From NCBI GenBank assembly GCA_012295275.1, contig CM022668.1, positions 10,540,001-10,604,000 on the forward strand: 64,000 nucleotides of DNA. Direction: 5' to 3'. This document shows positions 1 through 36,094 of this stretch, piece after piece; position 1 is the first letter of the stretch, and each line of letters begins with the position of its first letter. A program made the translations under genes and the position numbers. The DNA is from Chrysomallon squamiferum. Its lineage: Eukaryota > Animalia > Mollusca. A model generated the notes under the pieces. The model was not told where the DNA came from and ran no database searches. It saw only the letters and a program-made list of their open reading frames with translations.

Positions 1-31
1 AGTTTGTAAAGAGTTAAAACACAGCATTTAC

Positions 32-6390
<6,359 letters not shown>

Positions 6391-6619
6391 TCCGTGACCA
6401 CGCCGCCATCGTTCAGTCTCTGTCAAGCAGGAAGTAGAGATTTCATTAGCTAACAGAGAGAGTGGACTGTTACACAAACAGGTTTTCTACATGAAGTGTC
6501 TAAATAAAGAATATAATAAAATAGCTCGTAATACCTCAAGGGTAATATATGATTGTTTTGTATATCTAGAATAGACTGCCATTGTTGTTATTATTCTTGA
6601 CTTGCTCAGATAGAAATAA

Positions 6620-6791
<172 letters not shown>

Positions 6792-6977
6792 GTCTCTCTC
6801 TATCTATCTATCTGTTTTGAAATTATCTCTACTGAACTGTAAACGTTTGTTTTTCGTAGACAGTAAATGGATGATTCAGTGCATGGAAAAGAAAAAAAAA
6901 TTATATTTCTCAAACATATTTCTCTGTATAACCTGTGTTCTGTCTGTGTGTCTGTTGTGTAGTGTGTCTGTCTATCT

Positions 6978-7016
<39 letters not shown>

Positions 7017-7743
7017 GTGTTTCGTTGTAGTTGAGTGCAAGCGTGTGTACCTGTCTGTAGACATAAAATTGTATGAATGTCAGATTATATTACATCTGTA
7101 TATGCATGTTTCTGTACTCTTGCAGCAGTGTTTTAACTATATATTTATTCATTCAAGTGTTCCTTGTTTGACCTGTGTTATTAGATGAGTCAGTTGAAAT
7201 ATTCACAGTGTATGTATCTCGTCTCTTCTCGTGTTCATACATGCGTCTACAGATATAAATGTGTACGTTTCTTGTTTCAGTAGAATGTTGTATGCTTATA
7301 TTTGTCTTCTGTGTTTCTATTCATTTAGTTATTTATTTGTTTCTTTGTTTCTTATTGTTCTGTTGTTTTTCTTTTCGTAATCTACTTTTCAAATATTTAC
7401 GAAGCTTTTAGATGAAAACAATTAGTCTACTTTTCATATCTTTTTTTTTCACTATTCTTTTTTTTTTATTTTATTACTTTATTTTTATTTTTATTTTTTT
7501 TATATAATTATATTATATTTATTTATTTTTATTTTTTACCACACATTTGTTTTTCATTTATTTATTTTTTATTTATTTATTTTTTATATATATATATATT
7601 TTATTTATTTTATTTATATTTTTTTTTTATTTGTCGGTGAGGAGGAATCTAATCCTAAATCGACCACACATTATTTAACTTGACGAGATTAGATGATTAT
7701 TATTTTATTAAAAAAAGAACATCAAACATTTCACTATACTTTT

Positions 7744-7839
7744 CTTCTTTTACATATTAACTGCTGTACACGACGCTAGTGAAAATAATGTTTTGATTTC
7801 TATACCTGCTTTTGAAAACTGTCTGGTTACGCCCTGAAG
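7744..7839 (+). promoter_or_regulatory. Conserved non-coding block ~0.4-0.5 kb upstream of the receptor ATG
   Basis: ~96 bp (cttcttttacatattaactgctgtacacgacgctagtg...ggttacgccctgaag) read as identical at ~18611-18706 and ~26700-26795, with a diverged inverted copy at ~58030-58130. Regulatory function is inferred. Confidence 0.5.
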
Positions 7840-7938
7840 TGTGTGTTTGTCATTCAATGTATATCTACACTTAACATTCACACTGCTTCCATTCAGCGAT
7901 TACATAAACAAAGCCTTTTGTTTTGTGTTATTATTATT

Positions 7939-7972
<34 letters not shown>

Positions 7973-8154
7973 AGTTCATCATTTTCATATATATACATAC
8001 ATGCTTGTTGTTGGTCTTTCTAATACTAATATATTGTATATTTGTTTCTGAAACAGACAGTCTAAACAAAAACCACTATTATCAAATTAATCATTTAACT
8101 AAACCGAACGTTTCCAGATTTAAAATTTTTAAACCAGTTTTACAAGTTATCTCT

Positions 8155-8253
8155 GTGTGACCTAGTTATTATTTTCTGTGTCAGTGTGTACCTGTGTATC
8201 TACCTGTAACTATACTTCCTGCTTGAAAGAAAAGAAAAAGAAAGAAGTTAAAA
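8155..8253 (+). promoter_or_regulatory. Conserved proximal promoter/5'UTR with ETS-type motif ACTTCCTG (8214-8221)
   Basis: Block repeated before the ATGs at 19176 and 27164 (ACTTCATG in C). The same motif appears as CAGGAAGT at 6428-6435, upstream of gene 0 exon 1. Confidence 0.45.
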
Positions 8254-16093
<7,840 letters not shown>

Positions 16094-16813
16094 TGTGCAC
16101 AACTAATTTCTAAAGACATCCGAATTGAATACCAAGACTTTGACTTCTTAGATAACACTTGAAGTTACCAAAAGTTTGCGACCTGAAAATATATTAGCAT
16201 ATTTCAAGGCTGAACATAAATATAATTTCCCTGCATATTTAAATAGTATTTTATCCAGCAAATACTTTTTTATATAATCAATACTGTATCTCAGTTGTAA
16301 ATATAAACATACATTTACTCTGTGTTAAGTAAATTCATTTTTGAATAATCTGTGCATTGAACAAAAGGAGTAATAAATTAAAATACACGTACAAGCAGAC
16401 TTATTGTTATATGTTTTGTGTGAATGTTTTGAAGACTAAAGCATAGACTTCTAGATAAATAATGCATTAAATGAACATATAAAAAAAACCTTCAATGATT
16501 AATTTATGAAAAATTGGAAAATCTTCTTCAGATAAATATTCGCCCTTTGTTACTTAATTCAAAACGCTTTCTTTAAATAAATAAATAAATAATAGTAATA
16601 ATAATAACAACAACAGCCACAACAACAACAATAATAATAATGTTGAAGGTACATTTCTTTCTTTAAAATCCAAATCAAAGTTAAATTATTTTTGTATTCC
16701 TGTGTGATAAATGTTTTCATTACAATTACACATCTCCACAAGGCAATGACGTCTTTAAATGTTCATATTCTTTTCCTTAAACTGCTTCAAAGAGAACAAA
16801 AGATATGAAAATT

Positions 16814-16876
<63 letters not shown>

Positions 16877-17624
16877 ATAGTATGTTGCAAGTATTTAGAA
16901 CATTCAAAACGAATTACTTCAAGTAATCCATACATTTTATAATTTTCAATACAATTGACGTATAAATCTGAACATTGTATGTTAATAAAACTTTCTTTGT
17001 TTGCTGATAATTTATTTATTATGAATACTTTGTTTACACATAACAGCAGTATGTGTTATTAATTGCTCAAGGAAAATTAATCCTGCTCTTTCTGAAGAAA
17101 AGCTGAATATCTATCTTGTCTATTTAAATATCGTATGGCACGTACAGTTATTATAATAATAATTATTATTATTATAATTATAAAAATAAAACAAATACAC
17201 ACACAGATGTACACATAAACACAAATGCACACATAAACACACAGACATGCGTCCTCCAATATTATCAACATAGAGTCATAGAACTATTCTATACTTATAT
17301 CTGCCTGATAACTATGTAACTGAACAGTCACTAACATCTACGTATCATTATCGTATAGCTGTTATCCAACACGCACAGAAATGTACCATAGTATTATTCA
17401 GTTTATGATTCATACTGAATACAAAAGAATATCTCAGAGCACTATTGTCACATTAAACATTCGTCATACCAAGTATCACAACAATACTAGCGAAGATAAC
17501 AGCAGTATAGTAACAGTCATTGCAGTAGTAGTAGTAGTAGTAGTAGTAGTAGTTGTTCGAAGTAGTAGCAGTAACAGTAAGTGCTAAAAACATTTCAAAT
17601 AGTACTATTACTATTATATGTTAC

Positions 17625-17673
17625 CTGGTATACCCTTAATAATAAAATACAAAAACACTGTAAAAACACCCAT
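17625..17673 (-). pseudogene. Orphan signal-peptide exon homologous to gene 0 exon 1
   Basis: MGVFTVFLYFIIKGIP plus a phase-1 GTAAC donor; the exon and its flanks align by eye to ~6300-6620. Confidence 0.6.
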
Positions 17674-18821
17674 GCGTTCAATCAAAATGTTATGTGGACT
17701 GCGACTAAAACAGTATTTGTGTGTGCAGCATTCAGGGTAAATAAAACAGTTCGTAACAGATAGTAGGTAATATTCGATTGTTATTTATATCTAGATATAC
17801 GGTCGTCATTCCTATGTATTGTTTTTCTTATTCACGTAGGAACAACCTGATTAAATTTCAATAAACAACATACTCAGTGTATACAAGATGACAATGTTTA
17901 ATCTGCTATATTTATATATCAGTTTCTTGAGTCCGTCTTTTATTTTTTTCAGTTAGAGAAGTTCATGACGTGTGTAAATGTAACTACTGAAATAAAAATC
18001 TGTGTTTATGAGCAGTGTGATTGGATACTTCTGAATCAGACCATGGAAAGAAAGAAAATTATACAAACATCCTTGCAACAGCGAATGTAACATGCTGTGT
18101 GTGTATTCGTGCATGATCAAGTGTGAGTCTGTGAGAATGAATAAGCGTCATTATGTGTGTGTTTATGTGTGCTTGATTCTACGTGCGTACCTGTGTGTAG
18201 ACATGAAACTGAACGAAGGTTAGATGAAGTTAATAACACATTATTGTATGTTTTCGAGTTTTAATTTAATTATTACCAACGTCATATTTATTATTATCAT
18301 TATTATTATTACTGTTGTTGTTGTTGTTTTTGTTGTTGTTATTGCTATTAGAATTACAATTAGTATTATTATTATCATTATTATTATTTATTTTTCTTAA
18401 TCTATTTTTCAAATATTTATTAAGAGTTAATCAAAATCAGTAAATTTTCCTAACGTTTTATTATTTTTTATGATTATGATAATTTTTATTTATTATTATT
18501 TTTTTCTTTTAACAACATATTTTTAATGGGGAACCCATCAGTCGATATCACTAAACACTAAGCCACAGAAAATTGTTTTATAAAATTATAAAATATTTCC
18601 TTTTATTTATCTTCTTTTACATATTAACTGCTGTACACGACGCTAGTGAAAATAATGTTTTGATTTCTATACCTGCTTTTGAAAACTGTCTGGTTACGCC
18701 CTGAAGTGTGTGTTTGTTCATTCAATGTAAATCTACACTTAACATTCACACTGCTTCCATTCAGCGATTACATAAACACTGCAGCATTTTTTTTTTACTT
18801 ATTACTTTTTATATTTTATGC

Positions 18822-18904
<83 letters not shown>

Positions 18905-19175
18905 CCTGTTGTTCTTGATCTTTACAATACTAATATATATTACATTGTTTAAAAGAGAGAGTCTAAACGTAAACTACTTTAATATTTGACTAATACGAAC
19001 GTTTCACGTTTAAATTTCTAAAGCCAGTTTTACAATTCTGTATAAAAACAAATACAGCCTAAAAATACCTCTGGGTGACCTAGTTGTTATTTACTGTGTC
19101 AGTGTGTACCTGTGTATCTACCTGTAACTATACTTCCTGCTTGACAGAAATGAAAAAGAAAGAAAGAAGATAAAC

Positions 19176-19255
19176 ATGGCGTCGTTTCGGATGTATTTAT
19201 TTATTCATGGAATATGTCTGAATTTCCTTCTGTGTGTACTTACAGGTAGGATTTA

Positions 19256-19295
<40 letters not shown>

Positions 19296-19412
19296 TAAAA
19301 ATGGTTCAACAACTACGACAGTGAAAAATACGATGTACATATATTCACAAACACATGTACTCTCACTCCTATACCCATGCATAAACAAACACACACACAC
19401 ACACACACACAC

Positions 19413-19491
<79 letters not shown>

Positions 19492-20918
19492 CAGACAGAC
19501 AGACATATATATGGATATATATATATACATAGAGAGAGACTTAGACAGATAACTATATATATATATATAAACAGACACGTACTTAACTACTGACCCATCT
19601 TCTACAAATCCATCTATTTTATCTATTTATTTATCTACCAGTTTATTTTTACACACACACACACGCACATACACACACATACACAGTCCACAACCAAACA
19701 CACACATACATAACGTACAAACAAACGTTTGTGATATTTGATGCTGTTCAATCAAGTACCAGGATTAATACATCTGTTAAGTATATCATCACACAAATTT
19801 ATCATGTTACTTTTTTTTTATATAACATCTTTAGTGTAATTTATTTCCAGCGTGTCCTGCCGGTTCCTATGGAAACAACTGTAAATTTGCTTGTGCGGGA
19901 CGTCATTGTCTGAATAAAACAGCAAGCTGTGATCACGTGACTGGTTCGGATGTGAGGAACCGTGGACTGGAACAGACTGTACTGGTGTGATATAAATTAC
20001 TTTTTTTATTTCTTCAAAATATTTACACAGGGTCACATAAAGATACAAACATACCACTGATCCAGACAAGCCATATTACACGATGATGTTGTTTAATAGT
20101 GTTATGTTTTAGAGATGTTAATCTACACATAGATTGCATTGTTGCGTTCAAAAATTTCAGATGTAAAATGTAGTATAAATCTAGACTTGTCAAACATACT
20201 TGTAGTAAAATATATACAAAAATATATCCTATACATTGTTAAATATCTACATACATTGTGTATAATCAGCACAAGTACCATTTTAAAATGTGGACATATA
20301 AATATATCTTTTATACATAGAAGTCGAATTGAAATACTGCCATGTACAAACATTGTCTCTAAAATAATTGATCTGTGTATGTGTATTTTAGATACATTGT
20401 AATATATATAACTTAATAATGGAGGATTGTTTTATAGACGTTATTGTAAATCTAATTAACTGGGTTCAGAATGTTTTACTATATCGTTTATATATAAAAA
20501 AGGATAAAGCAATATATTAAGCAATGTGTTTGTAGAGAGCATAGCGCACATCACTTTATATATCAAACAGGTTGTCAAGGTAAATACGGACCTGACTGCA
20601 AGTTTTCTTGTTCTGAAAGACATTGTAAGGATTCTTCAGCTCCATGTGATCACGTGACAGGGTCATGTGACGGACAGTGTGAGGACGGATGGAAAGGAGA
20701 GACACTTGTACAGAAAGTAAATATTTGTTATAAATAATGATTGTGATAACTGCCGTGTTGACACTGAAGTGTCTACATAACGTAGTGTGTTTTAGTAATT
20801 GCATTCATCTCTTTCGACAAAAAAAAAACAAAAAACAAAAACAAATGGTTTAATTATTTCAGCATTATTATTATTATTTTTCTTGTTTTGATATCTGATG
20901 TTGGGTTTTCTTCTTCTA

Positions 20919-20952
<34 letters not shown>

Positions 20953-21381
20953 TTTTTTTTTTTTTTTGAAGGTGGGTTTTCTTGGGTTGTTGTTGTTAAT
21001 TGTGTTTCTTTTTCTTTTTTTTTCTTTCTCTATAAAAGAATGTTCAGGATCCTATGGTCCAAACTGCGGATTCTCGTGTAATGACAGGAAGTGTAAAGAT
21101 GAGCATGCTCCATGTGATCACGTGACTGGGTCGTGCAGCGGTCAGTGTCGAACTGATTGGCAAGGAGACACATGCACGGAAAGTAAGTAAAAATATGTTT
21201 GAATTTATCTTTAATATTTGATATTTTGTTTTGAGAAAAAGTATTGGAATATAACAAAATTTATATTAATTTACGTTTCTTAATCCTCTTTTTACGTTAT
21301 TTTTGTTGTTGGTACTCTTCTTCTTCTTCTTAATCATTATCTTCTTCCTCTTCTTCTTCTAATGATTATTATTATTATTAT

Positions 21382-21423
<42 letters not shown>

Positions 21424-21615
21424 AAATAGTAGTAGTAATAGTAGTAGTTATTGTACTAGTAGAAGTAACAGTAGTAGCACTAATAGCAGTTTTAAAATAA
21501 ATTTTTACATACTTTTCTTACTCCTCTTTTACCTTTATATTGATACTGATATTGTTCTTCTTCTTCTTTTTATTATCATTATTATGTATAGTAGTAGTAG
21601 TAGTAGTGTAATAGC

Positions 21616-21656
<41 letters not shown>

Positions 21657-21839
21657 ATGTAGTTGTAGTTCTAGTAGCAGTAATATTAGTAGTAGTAATA
21701 CTAGCAGGACTGGGTGAACCAGTGGCGGTATTAGTACTTGCAGCAGCTGTAATGACAGTAGCAAATGTAGGACTAATCGTAGTAGTAATGGTTGTAGGAT
21801 TGGTAGTAGGTGTGGTGGTAATGGCTGTAGCAAAGCTGA

Positions 21840-21901
<62 letters not shown>

Positions 21902-22316
21902 ATGTAGCTGTGGTGGTGGAAGACAGTGGTGGAAGACAATCTTAACATATCAGCAAGAATAACATAATTAATGGTAGTAGTATTAGTACTAACGGTTGTG
22001 ATAGTCATAGTAACAGGACACTAGTACTAACCAGCAGTATTATATTTTACATAGTAGATCGAGGTAAACATATCACATACTAATTCCTACAGTGTGCACC
22101 AAAGTATTATACAAGAAACTGTTTATGTTTTTATACATTTTATCATTAATGTGATTTTTATTTCAGAAATATCCAACAATTCAAAAAGCGATGAACCCAA
22201 ATCCACGGTAACTGCGCTGTCTGTTGTCACTGGAATACTTTGTGTTTTGCTGATAACTGGTGTAATCATCTTTGTTTTGTAAGTATGTCTCAGCAACATA
22301 GAGATTATTACGTCAC

Positions 22317-22369
<53 letters not shown>

Positions 22370-22962
22370 TCTGTATATACCCACATATACATATAGCCAC
22401 ACATACACAAATACACCTATACTTATGTAACATCAAACTGTAAAATATAATTGTTTATTTCACTGAAAAACATAATTTCTACTGATTCTCTTGTAATTAC
22501 TGAAATAAAGTATATTGAATTTAAATTCCCGAGTATAAAATTCTATCATTTCAAGTTTTACAACAATACACAATGCCAGAAAGGTTAGAGAATAAAAGTT
22601 ATATGTCAACGAAGAAACAGTTTTAAATAACCTGAGATTCTCTGCGCTTTAGTTTTATTAACTTCTTTTTCTTCAGATATGTTAGACGTCACAGAACGAC
22701 ATCTGATTCGAGAGCCAAAGAAAATTTCAACACAACAAACCAAGATGGCGGACTCTATGAAATCGTAGAAGGAGAAACTAGAGAAGAGCCTGGGCATGGG
22801 CATGGCCATAACAGTCAGACTTCGTCACGAGATACAACCCAGCAGCAAAGTGATGGTGGCTATGTGAACGCTGGACAAGAAATTCTGATGAATGAATACG
22901 AAAGACTTGATCCAGTCACTTCTAAGCCAAACATCTACGAGAAAATAAATTCAAGAGTTTAA
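19176..22962 (+). pseudogene. Gene B: internally deleted receptor paralog lacking exons 2-9
   Basis: Exons: 19176-19245 (SP), 19851-19984 (exon 10 with a 10-nt deletion), 20571-20716 (exon 11 with a 2-nt insertion), 21039-21182 (exon 12, intact), 22167-22278 (TM), 22677-22962 (tail, in-frame 6-nt deletion, YERL...YEKI kept). Confidence 0.85.
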
Positions 22963-23218
22963 TGTGAACAGCATTATTTTTATAAATATTCGAAGTGAAT
23001 ACCAAAACGAATTTTGACTTCTTAAATATTATTAAAGTTATTCTTGAAGTTATTAAAAACTATCAACATAAAAAATCATGAAGAGTTAAGCCAGACATTT
23101 TATATGTTATGAGATCTGCAGTATATTAATTATTGTCCAAAATTTACTATTACCACTAATACTAATAGTACTATTAATTATAGTAATACTTATATTGATA
23201 GTACTATTGCTGCTGCTG

Positions 23219-23288
<70 letters not shown>

Positions 23289-23349
23289 ATATATTATAAT
23301 AGACAAACCAAATCACAGAGCTGAAAATGCTTAGCACTGTTCCTAGAAA

Positions 23350-23590
23350 CATGTACATTATCACGTAACTGATCTTCGTGAACCATTTTTCTATTTAAAA
23401 ATGTTTTTGAGTTTTCTAAAATAACTGTCTTACTTACTGTTTCAAATTTTAAGCATTGGTTGCTTTTCGCCGTCTATTTCTATGAGATAATCAAAACGAT
23501 CAAGAAGCAATCTTTCAGCCTGTTCATCAATGAAATTAATCAGTGTGCGATCTCTGAGAAATTTTAATTTATTGATTATGAATGTTATAC
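23350..23590 (-). pseudogene. Decayed copy of the NERD-like gene fragment at ~36570-36810
   Basis: Clear nucleotide similarity, e.g. 'ttttcgccgtctatttct...agataatcaaaacgatcaagaa...atctttcagc.tgttcatca'. Confidence 0.7.
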
Positions 23591-23987
23591 TTACTCATAA
23601 CAGCTATATGTGCTAGTAACTGGACAAAACATTATTTAAAAAAAACATCATTGCTGCCTGTTTCTCAACAAAAGACTGAGTAGCTATCTCGCATGTTTCA
23701 ATGTCGTACAAAAAAAGATACGTAGCAAAAAAAAAAAAAAAAAGTAAAACGATATTAATACCCATAACTTTTTTTTTTTGTAAAATGTAATAATATAGAA
23801 ATATGAGTTTCCTTATATTCATTTCTTCTTGTTGTTTTAAAATATTCCTATACAGATGTATGTTATTGTATAAAAACATATTCATATTTATCTGTGTTTT
23901 TTATTATTTATTTTATTTCTTCTTCTTTTGTTTCTATTTTAATCAAAACACATATCTTCATCCATACATCTGCACATATGTATTCAA

Positions 23988-24028
<41 letters not shown>

Positions 24029-24458
24029 AAACAAATACACATAGAAAAAAAAAAAATATATAAAGAAATATACAAATATATACAGATTCACATACATACA
24101 TAGATGCCGACTTCAAAGTCGCACTGAAATACATAAATACAAAACATGACATATAAACGCATATTTCTACAATTATTATAGCTACAGAACTACTCTAATG
24201 TGTGTCACATATAAATAAGTCAACAGTCAATACTATCCATAGATACGTGTCATTAACTTATACATTACTCAGAAAAATAAAACATAAATAAAGTATTATT
24301 CATTTTTTATTATTGTGACTTCATATACTGTCTGCATTGCAATAGTGTATATATAAATCAACAGTCACTACCATCCACATACATTGTTTACACATTAATG
24401 TGTCAAACACTATTATTCAGTTTGTGACTTATACTGTCTACAAAGAAATAGTGTCATA

Positions 24459-24925
24459 GTACTACTGTCATATTACACATTACACATTGTTCAAACCATT
24501 GTGTCACACTACTACTGTCATATTACACATTATACATTGTTCACACCAATCTGTCACGCTACTACTGTCATTTTAAACACATTATACATTGTTCACTGTC
24601 ATATCTGTCATTATACATTGTTCACATAATGTCATACTACTGTCATATTACACATTATACATTGTTCACACCAATCTGTCACGCTACTACTGTCATATTA
24701 CACATTACACATTGTTCAAACCATTGTGTCACACTACTACTGTCATATTACACATTATACATTGTTCAAACCAATCTGTCACACTACTACTGTCATATTA
24801 CACATTATACATTGTTCACACCAATCTGTCACACTACTACTGTCATATTACACATTATACATTGTTCAAACCATTCTGTCACACTACTACTGTCATATTA
24901 CACATTACACATTGTTTGCACCAAT
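24459..24925. repeat. 50-bp minisatellite (acactactactgtcatattacacattatacattgttcacaccaatctgtc), ~9 copies
   Basis: 50-bp period read directly (acactactac at 24781 and 24831). It explains the repetitive ORFs in all three plus frames. Confidence 0.93.
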
Positions 24926-26480
24926 GATTAACAGTACTAGTAGTGGAGATAATAGCAGTGTTGCAGCAGTAGTAGTAGAGTAGTAGTAGCAGATGTAGTA
25001 CTAATAGCAGTAGTGGAACAGTAGTATTAGCAGAAACAGTAAGATTAACAGTGTTAAAAATTGTACAAATAGTAGTATTACTATTATATATTTCATAAAC
25101 TCTGTTGGCTGCTACAGAAATAGCAGACAGTGTAAATGTAACAGTTTCTAACACTTAGTGTGTAATATAAAGTTGTTTTCTATATCATTACATATAGTCA
25201 TTATTCCTATGTATTATTAAAAAAAATTCAGATCGAAACAACATATTAAATTTTAATATAACAGCAAATACAGTTTAATTAAGTTGGATCTCTATATAAA
25301 TATTATAAACAAAACATAGACAGTAAGTACGGTTTGAATGTACATGATTAGTGTACCCTGAAGTTATTAGTTATCTATGTAAGAGAGATATAAGACTGAA
25401 CGTGTTGTGTACAAATCCAGAGTTATTCAACCGTTAAGGTTATATTAATGAAATTTAAAAGAAAACAGTGTCGTTCTGATGTCATGATTAATTGTTATCT
25501 ATGCTCAATTATATATCTTTGTTCAGTGACTGTTAATTAAATGTAAGGAAACCGGGTGCATCTTGGACAATGTAACAATTAACAGTGTAGAAATAATTTT
25601 CTGTCAGCTGTTTTTTTCCACTTATTGATTTCTAATTAGCCAGAACTTCCGCAGACATTATATTGCCATCTGGCATGCACGTGTTCCAAGCATTTGACAT
25701 GCACGTGTTCCACGTGTTGCTAATTTTTGTGATACGGAATTCTGAAAATATTTAGAAATATGATTACATCTGAACGACCTGGTAATTGTTTGTCAGCAAT
25801 GAACAGTTTAAAATAAAATGAATGTACACAGTCTCAGGCATTATGTTGTTTATTGATTTCGTATATATATTTAGCATCTTTATAATAATGAAACAGTTTT
25901 CTAATCCAACAGAGCCATTTTATGTTCTAAAGACAAATGCATCGGGTAGGTTGAGATAATTTTAAAAAAACATAAATTGTTTTAAAAAAAATAACAAATC
26001 AGGGTATTACAAACATTTATGAATGCTCATATAAAATGAAAGTTTTATTTGAACAGCTTTCAGGATTTCTTTCTCGATATGTGTTCTAGTTAGAGATTGA
26101 AATGTGTCCTAACCTCTCTGTTCTCCCACACACAGACTTCTTTTCTCTCTTTGTTCTGTTTATGGCTTCGCATGTTTAAGTGTGCTTTTGTGAACCTCGC
26201 TGTTTTGTATCCACGCGATTAGGTAGAAGTCACTTCAGTCATATATCCGTGGCCTGTGTTCGTATTTGTGTTCTCTGTGTGAGTGTCCTTTGTTATTCAA
26301 TGGGTCTGTTGAAACTGCATACATTATATGTGTCTCGTGTTTTAATATAGGCGTCGTATCAGTGTGCATGTGTGTTTGTGTATATGTGCGTCTGCATATA
26401 TAAATGTGTGCTATTCATGTTTGTCAGCAGTGTTTTGTATGTTTATAAGTATCTTCTAATTTTCTTTTTATTTATTTCTT

Positions 26481-26515
<35 letters not shown>

Positions 26516-26531
26516 TTTTATTATTATTATT

Positions 26532-26565
<34 letters not shown>

Positions 26566-27163
26566 TGTTATTATTATGACAATGTACTATTCAAATAATT
26601 GCAAAGTATTTATATCTAAGCAGCTCGTCAGATGCTTTCTCTGAATATTTTTTTCATATTTTACAAAATGATCAACATCAAACATTTCACTTTACCTTTC
26701 TTCTTTTACATATTAACTGCTGTACACGACGCTAGTGAAAATAATGTTTTGATTTCTATACCTGCTTTTGAAAACTGTCTGGTTACGCCCTGAAGCCTGT
26801 CATTTGTATTTCTAGTGTGTGTTTGTCATTCAGTGTATATCTACACTTAACATTCACACTGCTTCCATTCAGGGATTACATGATATCATATACATATATA
26901 CGTTCTTGTTGTCGGTCTTTCTAATACTAATATAATTATGTTGTATATATTTTTGGGAACAGACAGTCTAAACATAAACTGCTATCATCATATTAATCAT
27001 TTAACTAAAATGAACGTTTCCAGGTTTAAATTTTTTAAACCAGTTTTACAAGTTATCTCTGTGTGACCTAGTTATTATTTTCTGTGTCAGTGTGTACCTG
27101 TGTATCTACCTGTAACTATACTTCATGCTTGACAGAAATGAAAAAGAAAGAAAGAAGATAAAA

Positions 27164-35694
<8,531 letters not shown>

Positions 35695-35904
35695 TGTGCA
35701 CAACATAATTTTCAAACATATACGAACTGAACACCACAACAAACTTTGACTGAATAAATATTAACTAAAGTTATTAAAAAATATCAACATAAAAAGTTAT
35801 GAAGAGTTAAATCTAACGAATAAAAGATTATGAGATTTGTATTATATAATTTATTGTACAAAATGTTAACAGTGTTAATAAAATAGTAACTTAATGTTAA
35901 TAAT

Positions 35905-35963
<59 letters not shown>

Positions 35964-36094
35964 GAAATAATATGAGTAATAATAGTATGAGTTAATACTA
36001 ATAATAATAATAAAATAATTATTGGTAACATGTAGTAAGTAATAATAATAATAATAACTAATAATAATAATAATAATACCACTATATTATTATG

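Noticed and set aside
21362-22008. Thr-rich mucin-like ORF (21535-22008 minus; also 55019-55474 plus) and Val-rich ORF on the other strand
   Set aside because: Degenerate (GTA)n intron sequence. The Thr-rich frame is antisense to the host gene in both B and D, and its conservation is explained by recent duplication.
24589-24983. His/Cys-rich repetitive ORFs resembling zinc fingers
   Set aside because: Products of a 50-bp minisatellite whose unit is not a multiple of 3; the same peptides rotate through all frames.
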